Shown here piece by piece: positions 7,339 to 16,190 of a stretch of DNA of 51,585 nucleotides. Location: the NCBI GenBank assembly GCA_035388125.1, contig DAOOPF010000006.1, positions 1 to 51,585 of the forward strand, in the 5' to 3' direction. Position 1 is the first letter of the stretch. Each line of letters begins with the position of its first letter. This DNA comes from a bacterium. Lineage in GTDB: Bacteria; Zhuqueibacterota; Zhuqueibacteria; Residuimicrobiales; Residuimicrobiaceae. Both the position numbers and the translations under genes were made by a program. Below the pieces are notes generated by a model. It was given only the letters and a program-made list of their open reading frames with translations. It was not told the DNA's origin and made no database searches.

Positions 7339-8541
7339 ATGAAACGAGTACCAGAAATCCTGATCCTCTTTGCATTGCTGCTGGGCATGCAGTGGTTGAT
7401 CGTGCCCGATGAGAGCCAGGCCATCCCCGCTTTCGCGCGGCGCAACAATCTCTCCTGCTCCACCTGTCATGCTCCGATCCCCAAGCTCAAACCCTACGGC
7501 GAGGATTTCGCCGGCGACGGTTTTATCATCGCCGAGAACGAAAAAGAACGTGACTATGTGACCGCCGGAGATGATTTGCTGTGGCTGAACAAAACCTTCC
7601 CCATCAGCGTCCGCCTTGACGCTTATGGCGTGTACAATTCCAGGGGTGAAGTAAAGAGTGATCTGCAGTCGCCCTGGGGCTTGAAACTGATGTCCGGCGG
7701 CACCCTGGCCAAAAACATCGGCTATTATTTCTATTTCTATATGAGCGAACGCGGCGAGGTGGCCGGCATCGAGGACAGCTACGTCCATTTCAATGATGTG
7801 TTCGGCATCCCGCTCGACGTGATGGTGGGTCAGTTCCAGACCAGCGACCCACTCATGAAGCGCGAACTCAGGCTGACTTATGAAGATTATATGATTTACA
7901 AACTCAAGGTCGGAAATTCGCACGCCAACCTCGCCTATGATCGCGGCGTCATGTTCGCCTACGGCATTGAGCAGACGGGAACCGATCTGGTGTTTTCGTT
8001 CTCCAACGGCAACGGCAAGAACGCCGCCGATGAGGAGAGCGGGGCATTCGATATCGATGCGGGAAAAAATATCGGCCTGCGCTTGAACCAGGGGATAACG
8101 GACCATTTCAGTGTGGGGGGCTATTACTATTTCGGTGAAGAGAGCATGAGCAGCGATCTCAAGAACAAGGTGACCTATATCGGACCGGATTTCAAGGCCA
8201 TTCTGGGCCCGGTTGAGGTCACGGCCCAGTACCTGCTGCGCAAGGACACCAATCCGTGGTTCGCTGAAACCGAGGCGGAGACGGAAACCAGCGGCATCGT
8301 GCTGGAAGCGGTTATTTCGCCGCAGCTTGATCGCTCGCGTTATTATTTTACAGTGCTCTACAACAGCATCGATCAGGAGCAGAATATCGGCACCATGGGC
8401 GCGAACAGCGCCCTCTACGAGACCGCCACTTTCAGCGCCACCTATTTGATGGCGCGCAACCTGCGGCTGATGGCCGAGTATACCCGCGATCTGGACAATG
8501 ATGCCAACCGGATGCTGATCGGCCTGGTGAGCGGATTTTAG
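7339..8541 (+). CDS. Cyc2-like fused monohaem cytochrome c / outer-membrane beta-barrel protein
   Basis: The ATG follows GAGGAGG. There is a signal peptide, then AIPAFARRNNLSCSTCH, which contains the only CXXCH. About 350 aa follow with a beta-strand-like alternating pattern rich in G, Y, N and D. The protein ends ...LIGLVSGF. Confidence 0.6.
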   Translation: MKRVPEILILFALLLGMQWLIVPDESQAIPAFARRNNLSCSTCHAPIPKLKPYGEDFAGDGFIIAENEKERDYVTAGDDLLWLNKTFPISVRLDAYGVYNSRGEVKSDLQSPWGLKLMSGGTLAKNIGYYFYFYMSERGEVAGIEDSYVHFNDVFGIPLDVMVGQFQTSDPLMKRELRLTYEDYMIYKLKVGNSHANLAYDRGVMFAYGIEQTGTDLVFSFSNGNGKNAADEESGAFDIDAGKNIGLRLNQGITDHFSVGGYYYFGEESMSSDLKNKVTYIGPDFKAILGPVEVTAQYLLRKDTNPWFAETEAETETSGIVLEAVISPQLDRSRYYFTVLYNSIDQEQNIGTMGANSALYETATFSATYLMARNLRLMAEYTRDLDNDANRMLIGLVSGF

Positions 8542-8705
8542 GGGAAAAAATCGCGCCCAGCCGGAGGGCAGATCTCTCCCCCGTCTGAAGCAGCCGATGC
8601 CGCCCACCCTGGGAGAGTGAATTTGGCAGAAACCGGAAGCGCACACACCCATTTTCAGAGCTGAAACAGGCACTCGAATAAGAATCGCAGTACAGCATCC
8701 CAAAA

Positions 8706-8728
8706 GGAGGAGCAATCCTCCTTTTTTT
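8706..8728. terminator. bidirectional rho-independent terminator between convergent genes
   Basis: Stem ggagga / tcctcc with loop gcaa, flanked by an A-run (8702-8705) and a T-run (8722-8728). It serves the + strand cytochrome genes and the long - strand string that ends at 8727. Confidence 0.7.
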
Positions 8729-9494
8729 ATTCCTGATTGGGATCCTGGAACGTTTCGTCGCGGGAAATGCGCTGGCGCATCACTTCTGCGAGGAGGATGG
8801 CGGAGGCGTGGCTGAGGGAGAGAGAACCGGCGGCGGAGAGCATGGGAATCTTGATGAAGCGGTCGCAGCGGCCGCGCACGGCTGCCGAAAGGCCGCGCTT
8901 TTCGCCGCCAAGGGCGATGAGCACCGACTGGGCCAGGTCGACCTGATAGATGGTGCGCTGGGCATTGGCGATACAGCCATAGATCCTCACCCCGATCCCC
9001 GAAATCCTGGGGAGCAGGGGTTCCACCTGGTCGAAAACGCAGATGGGCAGGCGTTCAAAAGCCCCTGAAGAGGCGCGGGAGACGGCCGCGCCATCAAAAT
9101 CCCAGAGATGTTTTTTCAGCAGCACGGCATCGACCCCGCAGGCCTCGGCGGTGCGCAGGACAAAACCGAGGTTCTGGCTGTCATCAACCCCCTCAAGCAG
9201 AAGCAGAAAGAGGGGAAAACCGCAGTTTTGGAGGTGATTCAGGAGCTGGTCGGCGGAAAGCCGGGGTCTGGGCGCGCAGAGGGCGAGGACGCCGCCATGG
9301 GAATGACCGTGGGCCATGGCATCAAGCTCCTCCCGGCTGATCTGCTTGACCGGGATGTGTCGTTCTTCGGCCATTTCGATGAGGGGAGCGCTGGTTTCCG
9401 GCTGCAGCGAGCTGCGCAGGATCAGCAGATGGATCTTGCGCTGGTGCGCGCGCAGAGCCGCTTCGACGCAGATTTTACCTTCCAGCTGTTCCAT
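8727..9494 (-). CDS. TrmH/SpoU-family RNA 2'-O-methyltransferase (RlmB-like)
   Basis: SQNLGFVLRTAEACGVDAVLL, ALGGEKRGLS and IPMLSAAGSLSLSHASAILLAE motifs. The ATG at 9494 (MEQLEGK) sits 2 nt after the upstream stop and follows GGGAGAGAG. Confidence 0.75.
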   Translation of the reverse strand: MEQLEGKICVEAALRAHQRKIHLLILRSSLQPETSAPLIEMAEERHIPVKQISREELDAMAHGHSHGGVLALCAPRPRLSADQLLNHLQNCGFPLFLLLLEGVDDSQNLGFVLRTAEACGVDAVLLKKHLWDFDGAAVSRASSGAFERLPICVFDQVEPLLPRISGIGVRIYGCIANAQRTIYQVDLAQSVLIALGGEKRGLSAAVRGRCDRFIKIPMLSAAGSLSLSHASAILLAEVMRQRISRDETFQDPNQE

Positions 9495-9496
9495 AC

Positions 9497-10393
9497 TTAA
9501 CTCTCTCCCAGGCCGGCGAGGTCGGCCTGATTCCACTCCGGCATGGCGCCCTCGCGTGTGGCAACAAAAGCTCCCAACCTGTTGGCGAATTCAGCTGCTT
9601 CTTCAAGTGATGCTTTATGCAAAACACTGTAGGCCAGAGCGGCTGCAAAGGCGTCGCCGCAGCCGGTAGTATCGACCACCGGCACGCGAAAGCCGGGATG
9701 GCGAATGATCTCATCCCGGGTTACCAGGCAGCAGCCCTGGCTGCCGAGGGTGAGGGCGGCCAGTTTAATTCCGTTGGAACGCACGAGTCTGCTCAGGAAC
9801 TCCTCCCCTTCGACTTTAGTCCCCTGGTTCTCCTGCAGCAAAGCCAATTCAGCCTCGTTCATCTTGATGATATCGCAATTGCGGAGCGAATATTCGACGA
9901 TCTCGCGGGTGGTCTCATTCCAGCCGCGCAGGTTGAGATCGAAGAGGCGGAGCGCGTTGCCGGTGTGCTGGAGAAACCGACGGATGGCCTGGCGGCTGGT
10001 GACCTCCCGCTGGGCGAGGGTGCCGTAAAGGAGGGCGTCGAGCTGCGGAGCGAGTTCCAGCCACTGGCGGCCGCATTCCAGCTGATCAAAGGCGGTATCA
10101 CGGCTGCATTCGAAGCGGGGATGGCCGGTGGAGTCAATGTGAACGCGCACGCTGCCTGTGGATTTATCCGGGCTGGTCTGGATGGCGGAAATATCCACTC
10201 CGGAGTGTGCCAGGCACTCCTTGAGGTCGCGGCCGGCCTCATCGTCGCCAACGCGGCTGAGCAGGATGGCGTGGGCTCCGCAGCGCCGGGCATGGTAGGC
10301 GAAATTGGCTGGAGCTCCACCCGGATGACGCTGCTGATCGTAGAGGTCCCAGAGCAGCTCGCCCAGTCCGGCGATTTTGAAGGGATGCGTCAC
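9497..10393 (-). CDS. PfkB-family carbohydrate kinase (fructokinase/KDG-kinase-like)
   Basis: GELLWDLY and GGAPANFA at the N-terminus, and the VVDTTGCGDAFAAALA anion-hole motif. Confidence 0.7.
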   Translation of the reverse strand: MTHPFKIAGLGELLWDLYDQQRHPGGAPANFAYHARRCGAHAILLSRVGDDEAGRDLKECLAHSGVDISAIQTSPDKSTGSVRVHIDSTGHPRFECSRDTAFDQLECGRQWLELAPQLDALLYGTLAQREVTSRQAIRRFLQHTGNALRLFDLNLRGWNETTREIVEYSLRNCDIIKMNEAELALLQENQGTKVEGEEFLSRLVRSNGIKLAALTLGSQGCCLVTRDEIIRHPGFRVPVVDTTGCGDAFAAALAYSVLHKASLEEAAEFANRLGAFVATREGAMPEWNQADLAGLGES

Positions 10394-12351
10394 TCGTCTT
10401 CCCGCAGGGCGACGGTGATGGAGGGGCCGCCGGGCATACGGCCGGAACCTGTTCGCGGATCGAGAGTGGAGAAGATGATCCGGCCGGGAACGGCAAAGTT
10501 GGTGACCGGCTGTCCGGCGGAAGCGTTTTTCATAAAAAGGGCCCAGATGGGCAGGGCTGCTTTGCTGCCGGTTATGCCCCTGCCGCTGGTGTCCCGCATG
10601 GAGCGATTATCGTCGAATCCCACCCAGACTGCCACAGCGAGTTCCGGAGTGAAACCGACGAACCAGGCGTCCCGGTACTCGTTGGAGGTGCCGGTCTTGC
10701 CGGCGCAGGGACGATGAAAACCATAGCTGCGCACCGCGCTGCCGGTCCCTCCCTTCTCGACAACGCCGGTGAGCATGTCAAGCAGGAGAAAAGCGGTCTG
10801 GGCATCGGTCACGCGGTTGCTCTTCGGGATGGTCTCCTCCAGCACTTCGTTGATCTCGTTCTGGATGGAGCGCAGCATGAAGGGCTGGCAGCGGGTGCCG
10901 CCATTGGCGATGGTCGCAAAGGCGCATGCCATCTCCAGAGGTGAAACCCCGGTTGCACCGAGAGCGAGCGCAAGGTTGGGGCCCATCTCGCTGGTGATGC
11001 CCAATCTGCGGGCTGCGGCGACGACCGCTTCCGGCGAGAGCTCATAGATGAGCTTGGCGGAGATGGTATTGATGGAGCGCAGCAGGGCGTATTTCATGGT
11101 CACCGGACCGAGGTAATTAAAGTCAATGTTGTCCGGGGCCCAGATTTTGGGGCCGCTTTGAAAGGCGACCTCTTCATCGACCTTGACGGTGGCGGGAGTG
11201 ATCACTCTCTTTTCAAGGGCGGTGAAGTAGATAAAGGGCTTGAAAGCGGAGCCGGCGTGGCGGTTATTGGCGGAAGCGCGGTTGAAGGGGGCACGGCGGA
11301 AGTCCCTCCCTCCTACCATGGCCTTGATGGCGCCGGTGCGAACATCGACAGCTACCAACGCGGCCTGGGGATAGTTCCCCCGTTGTTCCCATGACGCCTG
11401 GGCATAGGGCAGAAGACCAAGGGATTCATCCAGACGGGAGAGACCGTCGGCTACCGCCCGGGTCGCCTCGAGCTGGAGGTGTGAATTGAGGGTCGAATAG
11501 ATGCGCAGTCCGCCAAAGTTGACCGCGTCGGGCGTCAATTTGTCGGCGGCCAGGCTTTTAATCTCCTCGACGAAATAGTCGGCGCTCCCCTGCAGCCGGT
11601 TGACCCGGTCAACCTTGATCGATTCAGCGAGAGCCACCGCCCGTTCCGGTTCGGTGATGAAACCTTCATCGACCATGCGTCTGAGCACAAAGGACTGCCG
11701 TTCCCTGGCCACCTTGGGATTGGTGCTCGGGTTGTAACGCGCCGGCCAGCGCGGGATGCCGGCCAACAGGGCCGATTCTGCCAGGGTAAGCTCGCTGGCG
11801 TGCTTGGCAAAATAGGTCTGGCTGGCCAGCTCGATGCCATAGACACCCGATCCGAAGTTGATCTGATTGATGTAGGCTTCGAGGATCTCTTCCTTGGAGA
11901 ACTGCTGTTCGATCTGAAAAGCGACGAACATCTCCTTGAACTTGCGGGCCCAGTCGCGCTCAAAGGTGAAAAAAAGGTTTTTTGCCAGCTGCTGGGTGAT
12001 GGTGCTGCCTCCGCCCTTTCCCCCCATGTGAACGAGGTTTTCGCTCAGGGCCCGCAGCAGATGGAGCTTGCTGATGCCTGAATGGTTATAAAAGTTATCG
12101 TCTTCGATAGCGATGAAGGCCTGCTGAACCGTCAGCGGCATCTCTGTAATCGGAATCACGGCACGGTCGGCGAGCAGTTTGACCACCTCATCCTCGTCGC
12201 CGTAAATAATGCTGGGATTGTTAAGGGCGATGTCATTGAGGTTGTCCGGCACGCGCGGAAAGGTGATCACGGATAAATAGAGCGTGACCAGAAGCAGAAT
12301 GAACGACAGCAGAAGCACCCCCCAGAGAATGCGGCGGAAGCTCTTATTCAT
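10390..12351 (-). CDS. class A penicillin-binding protein (glycosyltransferase + transpeptidase, PBP1A family)
   Basis: The N-terminal TM segment is followed by GT51 motifs (IAIEDDNFYNHSGI, GGSTITQQLAKN, RKFKEM). Transpeptidase motifs are SAFKPF (SxxK), RSIN (SxN-like) and KTGTS. The ATG at 12351 follows GGAGGA and overlaps the upstream stop. Confidence 0.85.
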   Translation of the reverse strand: MNKSFRRILWGVLLLSFILLLVTLYLSVITFPRVPDNLNDIALNNPSIIYGDEDEVVKLLADRAVIPITEMPLTVQQAFIAIEDDNFYNHSGISKLHLLRALSENLVHMGGKGGGSTITQQLAKNLFFTFERDWARKFKEMFVAFQIEQQFSKEEILEAYINQINFGSGVYGIELASQTYFAKHASELTLAESALLAGIPRWPARYNPSTNPKVARERQSFVLRRMVDEGFITEPERAVALAESIKVDRVNRLQGSADYFVEEIKSLAADKLTPDAVNFGGLRIYSTLNSHLQLEATRAVADGLSRLDESLGLLPYAQASWEQRGNYPQAALVAVDVRTGAIKAMVGGRDFRRAPFNRASANNRHAGSAFKPFIYFTALEKRVITPATVKVDEEVAFQSGPKIWAPDNIDFNYLGPVTMKYALLRSINTISAKLIYELSPEAVVAAARRLGITSEMGPNLALALGATGVSPLEMACAFATIANGGTRCQPFMLRSIQNEINEVLEETIPKSNRVTDAQTAFLLLDMLTGVVEKGGTGSAVRSYGFHRPCAGKTGTSNEYRDAWFVGFTPELAVAVWVGFDDNRSMRDTSGRGITGSKAALPIWALFMKNASAGQPVTNFAVPGRIIFSTLDPRTGSGRMPGGPSITVALREDE

Positions 12352-13219
12352 GATCTTCCTCCTTCCCGGGACAGCTGTAGTGAGTTTCCGGAGAAAGTGC
12401 ATTGATGGCGTTGATCAGGTACTCCACCGCGAGTTCGCTGGCCTGAATCTCCTGCACCGTGACGCTGCCATCCTGGACGATTTCGAGCGCTACCGTCACG
12501 GAGCCGTGTGCGATGCGGGTGGCCACCGCCGCGGCGATCAGCCGCTGACGCCACTCCTGCCATTTCTGCGGGTCGTTGACCACCTGCAGACGGAGATGGC
12601 CGGGCAGGCTCTCCAGCGCAGTGACGAAAAGTGGTGCGGGAATCGTTCTGCCGGCATAGAGCGGGTTATCGGCAAGATGAGATTCCTGCATCAATTCGGC
12701 CGCGGAGAGGAGCACAATCTGGGCGCTATGCAGGGGCTGACCGTAAAAGTCAAGGAAGAGAAGCTGCAGTTTATCTTCATTTTTATCCAGTTTTACACTG
12801 CCCCATGCATCCGCCTCCGCCAGCCGGCCAAGAAGTTCCGGCTCCACCAGCCTGCCCGCATCTTCCCCCGGGAGCGAACGATAGAGCGCGAGAAAATCCT
12901 CACGGCTGAGGGCGAATCCCGACTTGAAAGCCACATAGGCGGCGAGATCATCCAGAGAGTGGATATAACGCTCGTAAGCGGGCTGCAGCCGGACCGAATC
13001 GATATGGGTGGAGGCTTGCTGACGTCCGGTCTGGTCGCGCTCCTCCTCGACCCAGAGCCGTCCTACTTTCGGTCTCGATTCATTAGTCCAAAGCATGAAC
13101 CAACCGATGGTTACCTCGATGATATTAAATAACAGTTCAAGCACAACAATCAGGGCTGCGAGCATGATGGCTGTTCTGGCAGTGCGGTTCAGTCCCTTCC
13201 AGCGGCTGATGAGCGACAT
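12344..13219 (-). CDS. membrane-anchored hypothetical protein (no family recognised)
   Basis: ORF 12344..13270 trimmed to the ATG at 13219 (MSLISRWKG), which follows GGAG. It has a single TM segment, TAIMLAALIVVLELLFNIIEVTIGWFMLW. Its stop overlaps the PBP1A start. Confidence 0.5.
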   Translation of the reverse strand: MSLISRWKGLNRTARTAIMLAALIVVLELLFNIIEVTIGWFMLWTNESRPKVGRLWVEEERDQTGRQQASTHIDSVRLQPAYERYIHSLDDLAAYVAFKSGFALSREDFLALYRSLPGEDAGRLVEPELLGRLAEADAWGSVKLDKNEDKLQLLFLDFYGQPLHSAQIVLLSAAELMQESHLADNPLYAGRTIPAPLFVTALESLPGHLRLQVVNDPQKWQEWRQRLIAAAVATRIAHGSVTVALEIVQDGSVTVQEIQASELAVEYLINAINALSPETHYSCPGKEEDHE

Positions 13220-13232
13220 GATGCGGCTCCGG

Positions 13233-14120
13233 CTAAATTTTAAAGGGGACGGGAGTGAAAGAGAGTACAAAGAGGATCATGACCAGGCCGCCGATTATGC
13301 GGCGCCGGCGATCCAGTGGAGTATAATCGTCCAGGGGCGAGGGGTGGCGCCTGCCGAAAATGGCGAGGAGCAGAAAGAGCAGCGCCCAGCTGTAGTTATG
13401 GATGGTCAGGATGCCGAGAGCGCCGATAAAGAGCCAGGTGAAATACTTGGCGCGCGGGCCGAAGAGAGCATAGGTGACGTGTCCGCCATCGAGCTGGCCG
13501 ACCGGGATCAGGTTGAGGGCCGTGATGAAGAGGCCGGCCCATCCCGCATAGGCGACCGGATGGAGCATGATATCCACCTCATCGGGCTGGTGTCCGAGGA
13601 CCAGCAGGGAGATCAGCTTGAAGAGCAGGGACTCTCCCAGCGTCATTCCGCCGGCCGACTCGACATGGGGAGCGGTGCTGGAAAGCGCGAGTCCGATGAA
13701 AAGGACAGGGATAGTCACAACCAGGCCGGCGAGAGGCCCGCCGGCGCCGATGTCGAAGAGGGCCTTGCGGCTTGGAATGTAGCCCCGCATCGAAATCAGG
13801 GCGCCCATAGTGCCGAAGGGATTATAGCCCGGGAAGGGGAAAGGGATGAAATAGGGAAGCGTGGCCGGCACCCCGTACTTGCGGCACATCAGAAAGTGCC
13901 CCATCTCGTGGGCGGTGAGGATGGCGATGATAGCGATGCAGTACCCGGGGCCTCCGACCAGCCAGGTTGAGGCGACGGTGGTAATAAAGAGGATGAGATT
14001 GATATATTTTTTGCCGACAATGCGCCAGGTGTTGGCGGGCGGACGCCACTGTCCGGTGACGGGGTCGTATGTCAGGTAGGACCAGCTGCTGGTTGCAGAT
14101 TCAGCCATCTTTTCGTTCAT
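13233..14120 (-). CDS. site-2 protease family (M50) intramembrane zinc metalloprotease
   Basis: HEMGHFLM (HExxH) lies within a TM segment. The protein has multiple TM helices. Its start overlaps the upstream gene stop (ATGA). Confidence 0.75.
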   Translation of the reverse strand: MNEKMAESATSSWSYLTYDPVTGQWRPPANTWRIVGKKYINLILFITTVASTWLVGGPGYCIAIIAILTAHEMGHFLMCRKYGVPATLPYFIPFPFPGYNPFGTMGALISMRGYIPSRKALFDIGAGGPLAGLVVTIPVLFIGLALSSTAPHVESAGGMTLGESLLFKLISLLVLGHQPDEVDIMLHPVAYAGWAGLFITALNLIPVGQLDGGHVTYALFGPRAKYFTWLFIGALGILTIHNYSWALLFLLLAIFGRRHPSPLDDYTPLDRRRRIIGGLVMILFVLSFTPVPFKI

Positions 14121-14797
14121 TTCGATTCACCGAGGCGGTGCGCCTCTTCATGTTCGCTGATCGTTTTGCAAATAATCTCAAAATCAGCGGGGGATTTTTC
14201 AAAGTCGACCTTGTCCGCATCGACGACCATAACCGGTATGCTCTTGCTGATCTCCCCTATCCAACGCTCATAGGCCGCATTAAGTTCGAAGAGATATTCG
14301 TTGGTGATACTCTTTTCAAACTCCCGTCCCCGTTTGCGGATGCGGGAAATGAGTGTCCAGGTTGAGGCGCGCAGGTAGAGGATCAGATGCGGTTTGCGCA
14401 GATATTCGGTCATGGTGTAAAACAGGTCGCGGTAATTGTCATAGTCGCGATCTGACATGTTGCCTTGTTTGTGTAAAATATAGGCAAAGATCTCGGCGTC
14501 CTCGTAGATGGTGCGGTCCTGGACGCAAGATTGCGGGTTGGCGGAGATCAGGCGCTGGTCCATGAAGCGGCGCGAGAGGAAATAGACCTGCAGATTAAAG
14601 CTCCACCGATTCATATCCGCATAGAAATCATCGAGGTAAGGATTATTAATCACGCGTTCAAAGTAGGCGGTCCAGCCGAAATGGGTGCTGATCATCTGCG
14701 TCAGCGTAGTCTTGCCGACGCCGATATTGCCGGCAATAGCGAGATAAAAGGGTTCCCTGCCTTGCGTTTGAGGCCGGGAAAGCTGCGATTCCACCAT
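14117..14797 (-). CDS. deoxynucleoside kinase
   Basis: P-loop IAGNIGVGKTTL, plus DRTIYEDAEIFA and the YLRAS...RIRKRGR LID region. Confidence 0.75.
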   Translation of the reverse strand: MVESQLSRPQTQGREPFYLAIAGNIGVGKTTLTQMISTHFGWTAYFERVINNPYLDDFYADMNRWSFNLQVYFLSRRFMDQRLISANPQSCVQDRTIYEDAEIFAYILHKQGNMSDRDYDNYRDLFYTMTEYLRKPHLILYLRASTWTLISRIRKRGREFEKSITNEYLFELNAAYERWIGEISKSIPVMVVDADKVDFEKSPADFEIICKTISEHEEAHRLGESK

Positions 14798-14800
14798 GGT

Positions 14801-16183
14801 TCACTCCTCGTGATTGGAAAGCAGTGACAGATTGAGCTCTTTTACCCAGAGGGCCAGGCCTTCCAGCTGTACCGGAGTATACTGCCGGCGCCAGAAAGGA
14901 TAAAGCGAATTGTTGCCGAGGAGCAGATCCTCCTCCCCGTCCCAGCTGCCGTTGTCCAGAGCGTGCTGATACTCCCTGGTGCCGGGGATGGGCGAATAGG
15001 AGGCCAGGTTGACGCGGGCGCCGAGATCATGAACCTGCCTTGCGCTTTCGCGGACCTCTTCCATCTCCTGGCCGGGCAAACCCGCAAGGATATAAACACC
15101 GATCTGCCCGCTCTGAAATCCCGCTGCGAGCAGGTTTTTCAGTGCGGATGCGAGTTCCCGGGTCGTGACCTTGCCCTGCCGGCGCAGGGCGCTGCTGCTT
15201 TCATAGCTAAGCCGCAGATTTTTCATACCGGCGGCATGCATGAGAGCGGCCATCTCTGCATCGATGCAGCGGGGCTGCACGCCATTGGGCGTATGGAGAG
15301 AGAGGCCCGGCAGCTCTGCGGCGAGCATGCTGAAGAGCGGTATGGCGTGCGTTTCCGCTTCGTGGAGCAGAGCATCGTCATAAAAGGCGAAGCTGCTGAT
15401 GCCCCGGCGGTCGCGCCAGTATCTGATCTCCTCAAAAACCGCACCGGCGCTGCGGCGGCGGCAGGATGCGGCTAGTATCCCGGAGGCGCAGTAGCTGCAG
15501 CAGTAGGGGCACCCGCGCGAGGTGAGTACGGCGATGCTGGCCAGGTGCGGGTAGCCCTCATACCAGGGATAGGGTAATTGATCGAGATCCTTAAAGTCGA
15601 AATCGCCGCCCGGGCCGCCGGACAGTTGGCTGACAAGCCGTATGGCCTTGATCTCACCCTCGCCGGCAACCAGATGGTCCGGCTTGACCACACGGCGGGC
15701 ATGATCCGGGCAGAGAGTCGCATAGATTCCGCCCAGAATCAGGGGCGCGTGCGGGAAGCGGGAACGCAGCAGCTCCACCGTCTCGACCAGGCCCGGATAC
15801 CAGTAGGTCATTGCGGAAGTGACGAGGATAAAATCAGGCGGCTCCTGCTGCGCCAGCCACGCCTCCACCCTTTCGCGCGGTGCGCCGTAGCGGCAGTAGC
15901 GACGCGGTATCCCCTGCAGGGGCGCCGGTTTGTCCAACTCCTGGCGGAAGTACTTGCCGGCGCCATCGCTCTTTTCCCTATCCGGTTCTTCATCTGACCG
16001 CTGACGCCAGAACGGGTTGTAACGGTCGAGACAATCGAGCAGAACGGTATCGTAGCCGAGCCGGTTGAGAACAGCGCCGATGTAGAGCAGGCCCAAAGGT
16101 TTCTGCCAAAAGTCAAAGGCCGAAAAATCATGGATCCAGGGATTGACCAGCAGGATCCGGCCGTTTGGATTTCGCCGCGGCAC
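14801..16183 (-). CDS. B12-binding-domain radical SAM protein (class B type)
   Basis: N-terminal ILLVNPW...LGLLYIGAVLNRLGYDTVLLDC Rossmann-like module, then TSRGCPYCCSYC (CxxxCxxC). Confidence 0.7.
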   Translation of the reverse strand: MPRRNPNGRILLVNPWIHDFSAFDFWQKPLGLLYIGAVLNRLGYDTVLLDCLDRYNPFWRQRSDEEPDREKSDGAGKYFRQELDKPAPLQGIPRRYCRYGAPRERVEAWLAQQEPPDFILVTSAMTYWYPGLVETVELLRSRFPHAPLILGGIYATLCPDHARRVVKPDHLVAGEGEIKAIRLVSQLSGGPGGDFDFKDLDQLPYPWYEGYPHLASIAVLTSRGCPYCCSYCASGILAASCRRRSAGAVFEEIRYWRDRRGISSFAFYDDALLHEAETHAIPLFSMLAAELPGLSLHTPNGVQPRCIDAEMAALMHAAGMKNLRLSYESSSALRRQGKVTTRELASALKNLLAAGFQSGQIGVYILAGLPGQEMEEVRESARQVHDLGARVNLASYSPIPGTREYQHALDNGSWDGEEDLLLGNNSLYPFWRRQYTPVQLEGLALWVKELNLSLLSNHEE

Positions 16184-16190
16184 GGGCTGC

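Noticed and set aside
8624-8640. TGGCAG...GC sigma-54-like string in the 3' UTR of the Cyc2-like gene
   Set aside because: The GG-to-GC spacing is 14 nt rather than 12, there is no TTGC, and no downstream gene lies on that strand.
7312-8715. 467-aa minus-strand ORF opposite the Cyc2-like gene
   Set aside because: The plus-strand frame has an SD, a signal peptide, a CXXCH motif and an OMP-type C-terminus. The minus-strand product has none of these and runs through the terminator.
9617-10717. 366-aa plus-strand ORF. The same applies to 38300..39487, 46887..48065, 48221..49315, 16476..17603 and 35782..36690.
   Set aside because: All are antisense to confidently assigned minus-strand genes (PfkB/PBP1A, scpAB, S46, EBP-like, REC-PP2C, ispH). 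All have Gly/Asp/Arg-rich compositions without motifs.
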